Shown here one piece after another: positions 1 to 9,096 of a DNA stretch of 64,000 bases (the stretch's first letter is position 1; the number at the start of each line of letters is the position of its first letter). The notes below the pieces were generated by a model. The model was not told the DNA's origin. It saw only the letters and a program-made list of their open reading frames with translations, and did not search any database. The position numbers and the translations under genes are program-made. This DNA is from Thermoplasmata archaeon (GTDB taxonomy: Archaea > Thermoplasmatota > Thermoplasmata > Thermoplasmatales > GCA-001856825): assembly GCA_021792255.1 (NCBI GenBank), contig JAJYUZ010000003.1:9405-73404 (forward strand). Reading direction: 5' to 3'.

Positions 1-503
1 GCTTCTCCTGTGTAACCCTGACTCTGTCCGCACCAAGTACAGACTTTAGTCCCCAGAGGCATCTCTGACTGACCGCACCTGAGGCAAGTGACGAATTTTG
101 GGGGATTCTCCTTTCTCAATCTCTCGAGCAACTCTGAATATTTTGCCACTTGTTGACCAAATATCTGCACTCTCTCCTGACTGAATTGCAGATATTGCCG
201 ACTCCATTCAGCCTCTCTCACAGCGTTCTGATCAACTACCTGTCTCTGCATAGGAAAAATCAGGAAGTCGTAAGAGAATGTGCCGGTGCCTCCAAACGTA
301 CTGACGGGATTGTAAGTGTTTCCAAAGATCGGCGCCGGAGTGATTACGCTTTTGGTGGTCTGAATACTCCCGAGTTCGCGCTGGGAAACGGCAACCCCGT
401 CATTCCCTGCTTGCAGGTATGCCTTTGCAAATGTAACTATCCCTCTAATGAGTTGGGTAGGCCACTTATCTATTGTGACTTTCCTCTCTATGAGGGCGTT
501 CAC
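1..503 (-). CDS. hypothetical protein, partial (3' end beyond left edge), with CxxC...CxxC zinc-ribbon motif near the edge
   Basis: My own minus-strand translation stays open from 809 to base 1. It is absent from the ORF track because it has no stop in the window. It is protein-like from GTG 503..501: VNALIERKVTIDKWPTQLIRGIVTFAKAYLQAGNDGV...KFVTCLRCGQSEMPLGTKVCTWCGQ. The start is uncertain (GTG 503 or ATG 791). Confidence 0.45.
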   Translation of the reverse strand, partial: MNALIERKVTIDKWPTQLIRGIVTFAKAYLQAGNDGVAVSQRELGSIQTTKSVITPAPIFGNTYNPVSTFGGTGTFSYDFLIFPMQRQVVDQNAVREAEWSRQYLQFSQERVQIFGQQVAKYSELLERLRKENPPKFVTCLRCGQSEMPLGTKVCTWCGQSQGYTGE

Positions 504-685
504 GAGATCATAATGTCTCTTGCACAGGGAGAGACCGCCGGGCGTATTGTATTGTATTTGGTCTGGAAATTTGGCGGCGGGAAAACTGGGGTTTCCTTTC
601 TCAGGAAAGAGTTGAAGTCTGCAGACGTGACATATCGTTCTAATGTAAAGATCTGCACCCCATTCTCTTCCGCCAGTACCTCCAA
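500..685 (-). CDS. small ORF (61 aa), or the out-of-frame N-terminal part of the downstream gene
   Basis: TTG-initiated ORF. Its composition (LEVLAEENGVQIFTLERYVTSADFNSFLRKETPVF...) looks more protein-like than the other frames across 503-736. Its TGA (502..500) overlaps GTG 503..501 of the next frame, giving a GTGA junction. Confidence 0.25.
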   Translation of the reverse strand: MEVLAEENGVQIFTLERYVTSADFNSFLRKETPVFPPPNFQTKYNTIRPAVSPCARDIMIS

Positions 686-809
686 ACTCTGGGCTGAGCT
701 CTCTCCGAAGTCCGGATGGATCTCGATGGTAGATATCTAAAGTTCTTGAAGGATTTGTTTGAACGACTGGGGAATTAGATTTTTTCCACATCGGCACTTT
801 TGTCCCTCC

Positions 810-1325
810 TTACTGAGTTGCAGGCTTCTTGATTCCTCCCTTCGCTAGATGAGGCGAGGCTGCAAAAGTGAAGGCCGCTATGATTATCACCACCACGATA
901 CTAATTAGGCTGCCTAAGTAAGCATCCCACACAAATGCGATTACGATGGCAATGATGCCTGTATACAAACCCTCTCTATCTGCATCGTACATGTTGTAGG
1001 CAGTGAAGAAACTCAGAAGAGTCAGTATCAACCCGACTCCGATCCCCGGATTATAATGAATTTCAAACTCGAACGCAGTTGAATACAAGTTTGATAGAAC
1101 CGCTAATACCCAAATTATGAAGGCCACTGTAACGGTCCAGTGCCTCTTTGCTGGAAACGTCGGTGCCGTGTATGTTTGGGTTTGACTGGCCGAAACATTC
1201 TGCTGTTGCTGATACTGTCCGCCCTGACTGTCGGTTTGTGAATTTGATGAAGATAATGGTGCGCCGCAACTCGCACAGAACTTTGCTCCTGGACGATTTT
1301 CTGATCCGCAGTTTGAGCAAAACAC
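810..1325 (-). CDS. zinc-ribbon domain membrane protein
   Basis: N-terminal CSNCG...CASCG zinc ribbon, a Q/S-rich linker, then about 4 hydrophobic helices (VAFIIWVLAVL, GVGLILTLLSFF, IIAIVIAFVW, IVVVIIIAAFTF). Confidence 0.7.
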   Translation of the reverse strand: MFCSNCGSENRPGAKFCASCGAPLSSSNSQTDSQGGQYQQQQNVSASQTQTYTAPTFPAKRHWTVTVAFIIWVLAVLSNLYSTAFEFEIHYNPGIGVGLILTLLSFFTAYNMYDADREGLYTGIIAIVIAFVWDAYLGSLISIVVVIIIAAFTFAASPHLAKGGIKKPATQ

Positions 1326-1572
1326 TACTAAAGTACAACAGGCGCTTATTTAAATTTTTATATCGAGATTAATTACTTTTACTGCGACAAACAACTGCCT
1401 AAATTGTCGTCGCTTTTAATCAACAGAAAAAAATTTATGAATTTGCGATAGAATGAGATGATTGATATAGATAAGTATTAGATTTTGTTGTTTGAGATTG
1501 GCGCTTTATATTCAGAAAATTCTCTCTTTTCCAGGCGCTGTATTTTACGGCGATCATCCATTCGTTGCAAAG

Positions 1573-1580
1573 ATTTTAAT
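1573..1580 (+). promoter_or_regulatory. candidate archaeal TATA box for the aglB gene
   Basis: ATTTTAAT preceded by AAAG (BRE-like), about 30 nt upstream of the GTG 1609 / ATG 1618 start. Consistent with a short or leaderless 5' end. Confidence 0.3.
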
Positions 1581-1608
1581 GGTGGTTTCTGATTAGCCCG
1601 AATAATCG

Positions 1609-4600
1609 GTGGACTTGATGGATTCAACAAGCAGAATTAAGGCTCTGACAAATTCAGTGAGAAACATGAGCTCGGAATCAAAGACCGGAATCGTTCTTGC
1701 GATAACGTTCTTCTTTTCCCTGTTCCTCAGCCTGTTCTTCGTGATAGGTCCTGCGGTCAAGGCGGATTACGCAGTTTCAGGAGGATCAGATGCATACTAC
1801 AACATGAGAATTGTTCAGTACATACTGTCCACCCATCATCAGTTATTGTTTGATCCGGGATTGAATTACCCGGTAGGTCTGGAAAACCCTAGACCACCCT
1901 TCTTTCACTGGCTGATAGTTCTTCTAGGATACGCTTTCTCGCCATTCCTAGGAGGGGTCTACAAGTCGACCATGTCGATGTTCCTGGCAAGTACAGCCAT
2001 AGGAGGAGCTTTCATAGTCTTTCCTACCTACTTGCTCGGAAGGGAACTCTTTGGAAGCAAGGTCGGTGTAATTGCAGCAATCCTGGTGGCAATGTCCCCG
2101 CTGACTCTAATGAAGAGCATAGGCACCATCGGCCTATTCGATATATATACAGCCCTCTTTGGTCTCATGTTCATATACTTCTTCCTGAAGGCAGTAAACA
2201 CATTCAGGTTCGATGCGCAGGATTCTCCTATCATAAAGAGCATACTTCAGTCAATCAAGAGCAACCCCATTTCCATTACTTATTCACTCCTGGCCGGAGT
2301 CTCTTTGGCAGGCTCAATGCTCACCTGGGTTGGTTCCATCTCCCTTATGGTCATACTGGCAGGTGCGGCAGTAATCCAGCTGGCCATCTTTGCCATTAAG
2401 AAGAAGAGCGCCCTTTCAATCTTCGTTTCAAACCTGTTCTTCGGATCTGCATTCGTGATAGCTTTCCCCTGGTACTATATAACCAACTTCGTTGCCGTCA
2501 GATTCGAGTATCCCCTGATAATGTGGGCAGCACTTTTTATTGCTTCGGTTTACTTCCTGTTGCTACAGAAACGTCCCTGGCTTCTGTCGATAGGATTTTT
2601 CATCCTAGCGGCTGCGGCCGCTATATTGCTAATGTACAAGTTTGACAGAGCCATCATTTCCTCCATACTTTCCGGCCAGCACTATTTCATCAAGAACAAG
2701 ATATACGACACAATTGCAGAAGCCCAGCCGCTCTCACTAGGAGAGGATCTGTTGGAGTTCGGAGCGTTCACGTTCTTCGCATCCTTCATAGGCATAGCCT
2801 ACCTTGTATACAAGTGGGTCAGAACCGCTACATTCAACATGACTATAGCTGTGCTCTATTTCGGTGGGATCATCGTCATAAGTATGATAGCTTCCAAGTT
2901 CCTTTACTTTGGAGCTACCGCAGCTTCCATTCTAACGGGATACATTCTCGTGAGGGCATTCGAACTTCTATCGTTCAAAGAGGCAATCGAAAAATCGAGA
3001 GGAAGATCCATCAGGACTGCACTCAGGAAAGAAATCAAATTTGCTCATTATGCGACGATCCTGATAGTCGTATTCCTCCTTATAGTCCCAACAACGTTCT
3101 ACGCTGTGGATTCTGCTATACCCTACAACAACAAGACTGCTTATGATAAGCAGCTGTACAACGACACCCCCTCATTCCTGAGACCCGCCAATTACACCGC
3201 ACCGTATTATCTCGGAGCATTTGGAGCGAGCCTCGCTACACCCAATCAACCATGGGGAAGAGCACTGACTTGGTTCCAGAATCAAGACGCCCAGCTTCCG
3301 CCTAGCGAACGCCCAGCATTCACATCGTGGTGGGATTACGGATTCCAAACGATAGAGCAGGGTGGTCACCCAGTGATGGCAGACAACTTCCAGGACGGAG
3401 TCTATCCCGCTGCTCAGATTTTACTGGCGCAGAACGAGAGCGAAATATTGTCCGTCTGGATCACAAGGATGCTCTACAACTATTCCGTAGCCGGAGACCT
3501 AAATAATTCATCGCTGATCTCGGTCCTCCAGCAATATTTAGGACAGACTGGAGAGACCCAGGTTATGAGTTATGAGACGAACCCTCAGAGCTACCTCGCT
3601 CAGGTATACGCGGACCCTTCTTACTATGGAGAACACTCTTCATCTATCCAGGGTGGGGATCTCATTTACATCCTCCTGGAGCACTACCTGACTAACACGT
3701 ATTCCCTGAATACTCTCATAAACTTGTATTCTGCAATTGAACAGTTGATGAACAAGGACATGAGCTACATCGCAGTGGACTACAGTCTTTTCCCGTTCAA
3801 TGGAACGAATACCGGAATATTCTACGCTCCCTCATATCTCGGGGACTTCCCGTATGCCAATGCCTCAGGGGAAATAATCCCGACAGAGTTCTACACAATC
3901 AACGTGACGGACACATCTGGAAACACCTATTCTCTTCAGACGTTTCCCTCGGGAGATACTGCTGCTAGCTACAGCATAAGTTACACGTCTGCATTCTACA
4001 ACAGTACGATTTACAGGGCATTCATCGGTTACCCGCCAAGTGCGATCGGATCATCTGGCGGCATACCGGGATTCACGTCCAACCTCACTTCCTACCCTGC
4101 GATGCAGGGCTGGGGACTATCCAATTTCGAGCTCGTCTACAAGACGATCCTCTGGAATCCTTACACGGACTACCAGAACCACACTTCCGCATGGAAGACC
4201 GTCTCGCTAGAACAGGGATATACGTACATGAAGAACCACGATGGAACGGTCGACCTGTTTCCTCCTGCTTCCGTTCTTTCTAACGACGTCGTCTTCCTCC
4301 AGTACTATCCTGGTGCAATAGTTAACGGAAGAGTGACCAATACGAATGGCCAACCCATAGAGGGAGTCAGGGTCACGCTCACTGATCAGTACGGAATTCC
4401 GCACCAGACAGTTCTCACTAACGCAACGGGATATTATTCCATATATGCGGTCGCAGGAAACGACACCGTCACATACTCGACAGGAGCTCTAAACTCTCTT
4501 TACATGCTTGGCAACAAATCCCTTGGTTATTACAATGTGACTATTTCAGAGGCTCAAGCAAACAGAGATAGCTACAGTAACTACGGCCTCCCGACTTGGA

Positions 4601-7600
4601 ATATCACGCACAATTTGGTCGTCAACTCGACTCAAGTGAATGGCGTAGTATTCTTGAACCTTGCACGGAGCGGTGTGTACACAAGCACCGACCAAACGGT
4701 ACAGGGAACAGTCAGGTACCACAACTCCACTTACAACATCACGTACGTGACCAACACAATGCAGAATGGAAGTTACCAAATCTCCAATGTCGCACCCTAC
4801 AATTACAAGATTTCGGTTAATGCGTATGGTCACTGGTACAACAATACAACATCAGTCACCCCTTCCTCGACTACGGTTTCAAAGGACATTCCACTTACCT
4901 ATGGCATCATGAATGCCAGCCTGCAGTCAGGAGTATCTCTTGCATCGGGAGCCCGGATATCCTTCAGCAGAGGGAATTATTCGGTGACTTACAACCTGAC
5001 CCAAGTTGATCAGGCGTACTATCTGCCTACTGGCATCTATAACATCAGTGCGTTCAATGCAGGCGAATGGGACAATTTCACCGCCCAGCTAACGAACAAC
5101 AGTACCGCAGACCTGAATCTGGCATTCTCTACGCAGTACAGAATAACTTTCGTGACTGATGTGAATGGCCAGCCTGTCAGCGCTCTGGTGGAGATAAACA
5201 ACGGGACGTCGCTTACCCAGTCGATACAGACCGACTCGAACGGAATTGGTTATTTCAGCACTCCAGCTTCGACAAATCTCGTCTATTCGGATGTGTTCTA
5301 TAACGGTCATTATTATTCGGCTACACAAATCCTGAACGTCACGGGAGCAGCGACTGTTGTGCTAAGTCTTCAGTATTCTTACCTAGTTTCTGGTCAGTAC
5401 AAGGTGAACAATGTTGGACAGAACAATACGGACATAGCCATAGCTGGAAACAATTCCTTCACCTTACTTTTCGGTAACAAGACCGGCTACTTCTCGGCAT
5501 ATCTCCCTGCTGGTGAGTACAGCATTGTGACATATTCCCACTACAACTTTTCGCTCTATGTCGCTTCTCAGGAATTCACTGTAAGCGACCAGAACGTGTA
5601 CCTCAGACTAAACGGATATCACGGGTACCAACTGAACGGTACTGTTTCGTACGACAAGAAATCCGTAAAGGGCCTAGTGACCTCTCAGCTCAACGGCAGA
5701 TCCTACTTCGATTACTTTGATACGGGTGGTGCCTATTCCATATATCTGCAGAATGGAGTTACCTTAGGCAGCCTGAATTTCATAACACCTGGCTATTCTG
5801 TGGAATCGTACACCTCGACCAATATCCAGCTGAAAGTTCTCCCGGTAGACGTTTCTGTATATGCGTCCTATTCTGGAAGCGTCTCACTCACTCTCTACCT
5901 GAACGGTTCCACGGACTACACGGCGACAGGAACACACTACTTCAATCTCTCGATAAATCCCGGGAATTATACTGTGGCATTCTCTCACCCGGGGACCACG
6001 ACATCATCCACCCTGATGGGCATAGACGTAGTCGCGGGAGAGGCGATTCAGCCCTTCTATACTGACCTATACATTAAGGCAAAGCTGTCAGTGGATCCGG
6101 TCCAGAAGGTCTACATATTCAAGAATGGTGAACTTGTTTCTTCCACACTGAACAACACTCTGCTGATCGGCACCTACACCATTTACTCGTATAGTGGTGA
6201 CACCGCTGCACTCGAGACCATTAATCTCACAAAGGATACGGTAGTTACTCTAAACTTCCAGACCGCTTACAACGTCACGCTCGTCACCACCCCCAACGGC
6301 AATGTCGGCATTGCCTCTCAGTACGGAAACATTACCTGGCAGGGCTCCGTTCTTCTTCCAGGTGGTACCTACGACTTCACTCTGGATAAGGCTTACAATT
6401 CCACCTACGCCTACTATGCATCTTATTCACTGTACCTTTCTTCTTCACAGACCGTGACGCTTTCTGGGACCTTGAAAGAAGTGCTTTATGCCGCTTCGAT
6501 ACAGTATCACTACAGCGGATCATCCGTCACGACAGGCACTTATTATATTCAGGGCACGAAGAACGTCACAGGAAGCTTCAATTCTGGACCTGTTTCCCTG
6601 CCCAACGGGAACTATTCGATATACGCCACTTCCGGGAACTATGCGTACTTCGGTGGATTCAGCGTATCATCCTCGAACCTGAGTCTGAACTTCACCCTTC
6701 AGAGGGCATATCCTCTCAACTACGGAACTTACCTCAATAACTCGTCCTACAAGGGAATGGTATCGATCCAGGACGGTGTGAACTATTACCTTCCACCTAG
6801 CGGAATAATCAACCTGCCGAACGGCACTTACGTCTTTAACGGTTCGACCAGATACACCTACTATGGATATTTGGACAACTACTCCATCGATCAGACGATC
6901 AGGGTTTCTGGCATAAGTTCTGCCACCCTTTCGTTCAAGATTGATTCCATAGTGAAGGTGACATTCTATGCAGAATCAGGTAGCCCAGTCCTAGCAAACA
7001 ACCAGTCGATCACTTTTCCACTTCTCATCACCAGCCACTCCAACATTCCCCTAAATTTCACGATCGGTAATTCTTCGTCCTTCTACGTCAGCGGCAACAG
7101 CACGACCCTTGCACCCTATTCTTCCGGAGAAACTAACGTCACCATTAAGGTCCCGAGATATCAGTTCGCGGGTAACAACTCCGTCTACGTTAGGATATAC
7201 TACGGAGACACCTACTACAACGTAAACGTCAACATCACCGTATCCCCCGTCCTGAGCATCACCGCCACTGCAAAGAACAATTCAGGCAAGATCGTCGGAG
7301 ACCTGCTGGAAATTCCTTGGAAACTGTTCAACAATGGAAACACGAAGACGTACGTCAATGCGACGATCATGAACTCCGCGCAACTCAAGGCAAATGGCAT
7401 CAACGTGACGTTCAATAACTCTGTGACCTATTCCACTAAGATCAACTCAAATTCGAACGAATCCACGTACTTGATAATTAATTCCACGTCTGGGAAGACA
7501 ATCTCCGGAACCATCGTTTCCATCCTTCTATCGTACGGAAACACCACGAAGATTGTGACAGTTAAACTGACCGCTCCAGAACTTTCGGTCAGTAAGGCTT

Positions 7601-7731
7601 CGGGAACTGGACACGATCTCTCCGCTTATTCTCCAATGACCCAGGATTACTACATATACGCCTTCTCTGCTTTCATCGTGCTTGCGATGGTTGCAGTCAT
7701 GCTGATTTTCAGAAGGAGGTTCAGAACGTGA
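1609..7731 (+). CDS. aglB: archaeal oligosaccharyltransferase AglB (STT3 family) with a giant C-terminal extension (2,040 aa)
   Basis: Multi-TM N-terminal region with the EL1 acidic motif GSDAYYNMR. Canonical WWDYG catalytic motif at 3328..3342 (SWWDYGFQ). After about residue 900 there are repeated CarboxypepD_reg-like segments (GRVTNTNGQPIEGVRVTLTDQYG...TNATGYYSI) and a CARDB-like segment. C-terminal TM helix YIYAFSAFIVLAMVAVMLIF followed by RRRFRT. The ORF is uninterrupted. Confidence 0.85.
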   Translation: MDLMDSTSRIKALTNSVRNMSSESKTGIVLAITFFFSLFLSLFFVIGPAVKADYAVSGGSDAYYNMRIVQYILSTHHQLLFDPGLNYPVGLENPRPPFFHWLIVLLGYAFSPFLGGVYKSTMSMFLASTAIGGAFIVFPTYLLGRELFGSKVGVIAAILVAMSPLTLMKSIGTIGLFDIYTALFGLMFIYFFLKAVNTFRFDAQDSPIIKSILQSIKSNPISITYSLLAGVSLAGSMLTWVGSISLMVILAGAAVIQLAIFAIKKKSALSIFVSNLFFGSAFVIAFPWYYITNFVAVRFEYPLIMWAALFIASVYFLLLQKRPWLLSIGFFILAAAAAILLMYKFDRAIISSILSGQHYFIKNKIYDTIAEAQPLSLGEDLLEFGAFTFFASFIGIAYLVYKWVRTATFNMTIAVLYFGGIIVISMIASKFLYFGATAASILTGYILVRAFELLSFKEAIEKSRGRSIRTALRKEIKFAHYATILIVVFLLIVPTTFYAVDSAIPYNNKTAYDKQLYNDTPSFLRPANYTAPYYLGAFGASLATPNQPWGRALTWFQNQDAQLPPSERPAFTSWWDYGFQTIEQGGHPVMADNFQDGVYPAAQILLAQNESEILSVWITRMLYNYSVAGDLNNSSLISVLQQYLGQTGETQVMSYETNPQSYLAQVYADPSYYGEHSSSIQGGDLIYILLEHYLTNTYSLNTLINLYSAIEQLMNKDMSYIAVDYSLFPFNGTNTGIFYAPSYLGDFPYANASGEIIPTEFYTINVTDTSGNTYSLQTFPSGDTAASYSISYTSAFYNSTIYRAFIGYPPSAIGSSGGIPGFTSNLTSYPAMQGWGLSNFELVYKTILWNPYTDYQNHTSAWKTVSLEQGYTYMKNHDGTVDLFPPASVLSNDVVFLQYYPGAIVNGRVTNTNGQPIEGVRVTLTDQYGIPHQTVLTNATGYYSIYAVAGNDTVTYSTGALNSLYMLGNKSLGYYNVTISEAQANRDSYSNYGLPTWNITHNLVVNSTQVNGVVFLNLARSGVYTSTDQTVQGTVRYHNSTYNITYVTNTMQNGSYQISNVAPYNYKISVNAYGHWYNNTTSVTPSSTTVSKDIPLTYGIMNASLQSGVSLASGARISFSRGNYSVTYNLTQVDQAYYLPTGIYNISAFNAGEWDNFTAQLTNNSTADLNLAFSTQYRITFVTDVNGQPVSALVEINNGTSLTQSIQTDSNGIGYFSTPASTNLVYSDVFYNGHYYSATQILNVTGAATVVLSLQYSYLVSGQYKVNNVGQNNTDIAIAGNNSFTLLFGNKTGYFSAYLPAGEYSIVTYSHYNFSLYVASQEFTVSDQNVYLRLNGYHGYQLNGTVSYDKKSVKGLVTSQLNGRSYFDYFDTGGAYSIYLQNGVTLGSLNFITPGYSVESYTSTNIQLKVLPVDVSVYASYSGSVSLTLYLNGSTDYTATGTHYFNLSINPGNYTVAFSHPGTTTSSTLMGIDVVAGEAIQPFYTDLYIKAKLSVDPVQKVYIFKNGELVSSTLNNTLLIGTYTIYSYSGDTAALETINLTKDTVVTLNFQTAYNVTLVTTPNGNVGIASQYGNITWQGSVLLPGGTYDFTLDKAYNSTYAYYASYSLYLSSSQTVTLSGTLKEVLYAASIQYHYSGSSVTTGTYYIQGTKNVTGSFNSGPVSLPNGNYSIYATSGNYAYFGGFSVSSSNLSLNFTLQRAYPLNYGTYLNNSSYKGMVSIQDGVNYYLPPSGIINLPNGTYVFNGSTRYTYYGYLDNYSIDQTIRVSGISSATLSFKIDSIVKVTFYAESGSPVLANNQSITFPLLITSHSNIPLNFTIGNSSSFYVSGNSTTLAPYSSGETNVTIKVPRYQFAGNNSVYVRIYYGDTYYNVNVNITVSPVLSITATAKNNSGKIVGDLLEIPWKLFNNGNTKTYVNATIMNSAQLKANGINVTFNNSVTYSTKINSNSNESTYLIINSTSGKTISGTIVSILLSYGNTTKIVTVKLTAPELSVSKASGTGHDLSAYSPMTQDYYIYAFSAFIVLAMVAVMLIFRRRFRT
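7715..7720 (+). promoter_or_regulatory. Shine-Dalgarno-like site for the gene downstream of aglB
   Basis: GGAGGT lies 7 nt upstream of GTG 7728. The GTG overlaps the aglB TGA stop (GTGA), implying translational coupling. Confidence 0.35.
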
Positions 7732-8489
7732 GGACTCTACTAGCACTCATCTTAGTAGCGATGATCGTTGGTTCTGCTTTCGCCATCAACGCGGATGCGA
7801 GCGTAAGCACATCCGGGCCAGTCAGCGTGACAGGTCCCTCCGCAGTGGCTATAAACTCAACCTTCAATTACTCTGTGAGCGTCCAGCAAATCTTCAAGAA
7901 CTATTCTGCGACGATGATCGTTTCAGGTAACAACTTGACGGGTGCATCACCCATCTCTCCTGTTTACAAGAATAACATCACGAGCGGCCCGACGTACTTC
8001 TCAATTACAGCGCCCTCTGTCCAGACCACGATGTTCCTGATGTTCCAGGTCACTGGATACATGACGAACGGTGCGAAATTCTACTACAACCTGACCTCAA
8101 TGGTGACGGTCAAACAGTTCACCGTCCTCAGCGCCTCCATCAAGAATCCTTCACAGTTCGCGCTGAATTCGATAAACGTCACTTTTGAAGTCAACGGCAA
8201 ATACGTCGGTAGCAAGATCGTGAATATATCAAAGAATTCTACCCAAAATGTGACGTACCAGTGGGTATCCGGGCTTTTGCCGGCCGGAGTCTACACTGTC
8301 ACAGTACACGTCAACAATACCATAGTAGCACTGAAAAACGGGAATTCCTACACCTTCCAGATTCAGTCGGGTAATCCCTACATTGTTTACATCTACATAG
8401 GAGTCATAGCGTTTCTTGCGATAATAGTCGCAGTGACTTTCATCGCGAGCTATTACGCAAGGAAAAGGAGACCCAAGTGGAAAAAGTAA
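7728..8489 (+). CDS. secreted, C-terminally membrane-anchored, sequon-rich protein with a CARDB-like domain
   Basis: Signal-peptide-like N-terminus MRTLLALILVAMIVGSAFA. About 11 N-X-S/T sequons by eye. CARDB-like stretch NVTFEVNGKYVGSKIVNISKNSTQNVTYQW...GVYTVTVHVNN. C-terminal TM helix plus ARKRRPKWKK. Confidence 0.7.
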   Translation: MRTLLALILVAMIVGSAFAINADASVSTSGPVSVTGPSAVAINSTFNYSVSVQQIFKNYSATMIVSGNNLTGASPISPVYKNNITSGPTYFSITAPSVQTTMFLMFQVTGYMTNGAKFYYNLTSMVTVKQFTVLSASIKNPSQFALNSINVTFEVNGKYVGSKIVNISKNSTQNVTYQWVSGLLPAGVYTVTVHVNNTIVALKNGNSYTFQIQSGNPYIVYIYIGVIAFLAIIVAVTFIASYYARKRRPKWKK

Positions 8490-9029
8490 TCAGAGGATAT
8501 CGTTGCTGAGGGCAATGTTTATCGCAGAACCAGAGTCTTCTCCCCTCTTTATGGTCCTTGAGCTCCCCTTCTCGTCTACTATCTGGAGTCTGAAGTCCCT
8601 CAGGCTCCGGATGATCTGATTTCTGTAGCTTCTGTCGCCGTTTCCGACCTTTATGATGAAGCTCTTGTACTTGCACTCGTTGCTGACCCTAGAAACGTAT
8701 TCCCTTATTTCCCCCACGTCATAGATGCTCCTTCTGTCTATGACTACATTATTAGCGAGGGTGGCTATGCCTGGAGCCGGTCCGGGATCGATACCCACCA
8801 CGATCTTCTCAGAATTTCTAGACCTTATCAGTTGCTTCAACCTGAACTCTTCAATCCCCCTCGTCCTGAAGACGTTGTTTCCGCTTAGCTCCATATCTGT
8901 GAAGACCACATCAAATCCAGTGAAATTGTCCTCGGGGCCGAGAGAAGCAAAGGGTTCATTCATATCCTTGAGAAGAGTTAGTAGTCTATTGTAGACCCTG
9001 AAATCCTTTGTCATGACTCCTAACTTCAA
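8490..9029 (-). CDS. conserved hypothetical protein, possible RNase H-fold (RuvC/YqgF-like) nuclease
   Basis: The VVGIDPGPAPGIA motif resembles the first acidic-residue strand of RNase H-fold nucleases. The assignment is tentative. Confidence 0.4.
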   Translation of the reverse strand: MKLGVMTKDFRVYNRLLTLLKDMNEPFASLGPEDNFTGFDVVFTDMELSGNNVFRTRGIEEFRLKQLIRSRNSEKIVVGIDPGPAPGIATLANNVVIDRRSIYDVGEIREYVSRVSNECKYKSFIIKVGNGDRSYRNQIIRSLRDFRLQIVDEKGSSRTIKRGEDSGSAINIALSNDIL

Positions 9030-9096
9030 CGAATATGCATGTCTAATTTACTAAAAATATTTTACCTTCTCTTATTTCTGACCCTCTTGTTGGAAT

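Noticed and set aside
150-740. Listed 196-aa plus-strand ORF at the left edge
   Set aside because: It is in exact codon phase with a longer open minus-strand frame, the classic shadow-ORF situation. Its translation is Cys-rich and unnatural (CLQVCLCKCNY). The minus strand gives protein-like sequence with a zinc ribbon.
810-812. Possible stop-codon readthrough joining the zinc-ribbon gene (810..1325) to the downstream open frame
   Set aside because: The shared frame has a 1-in-3 chance of arising by coincidence. The ~100 codons after the TAA look non-protein-like, and I see no recoding signal. It is kept only as a note inside the left-edge finding.
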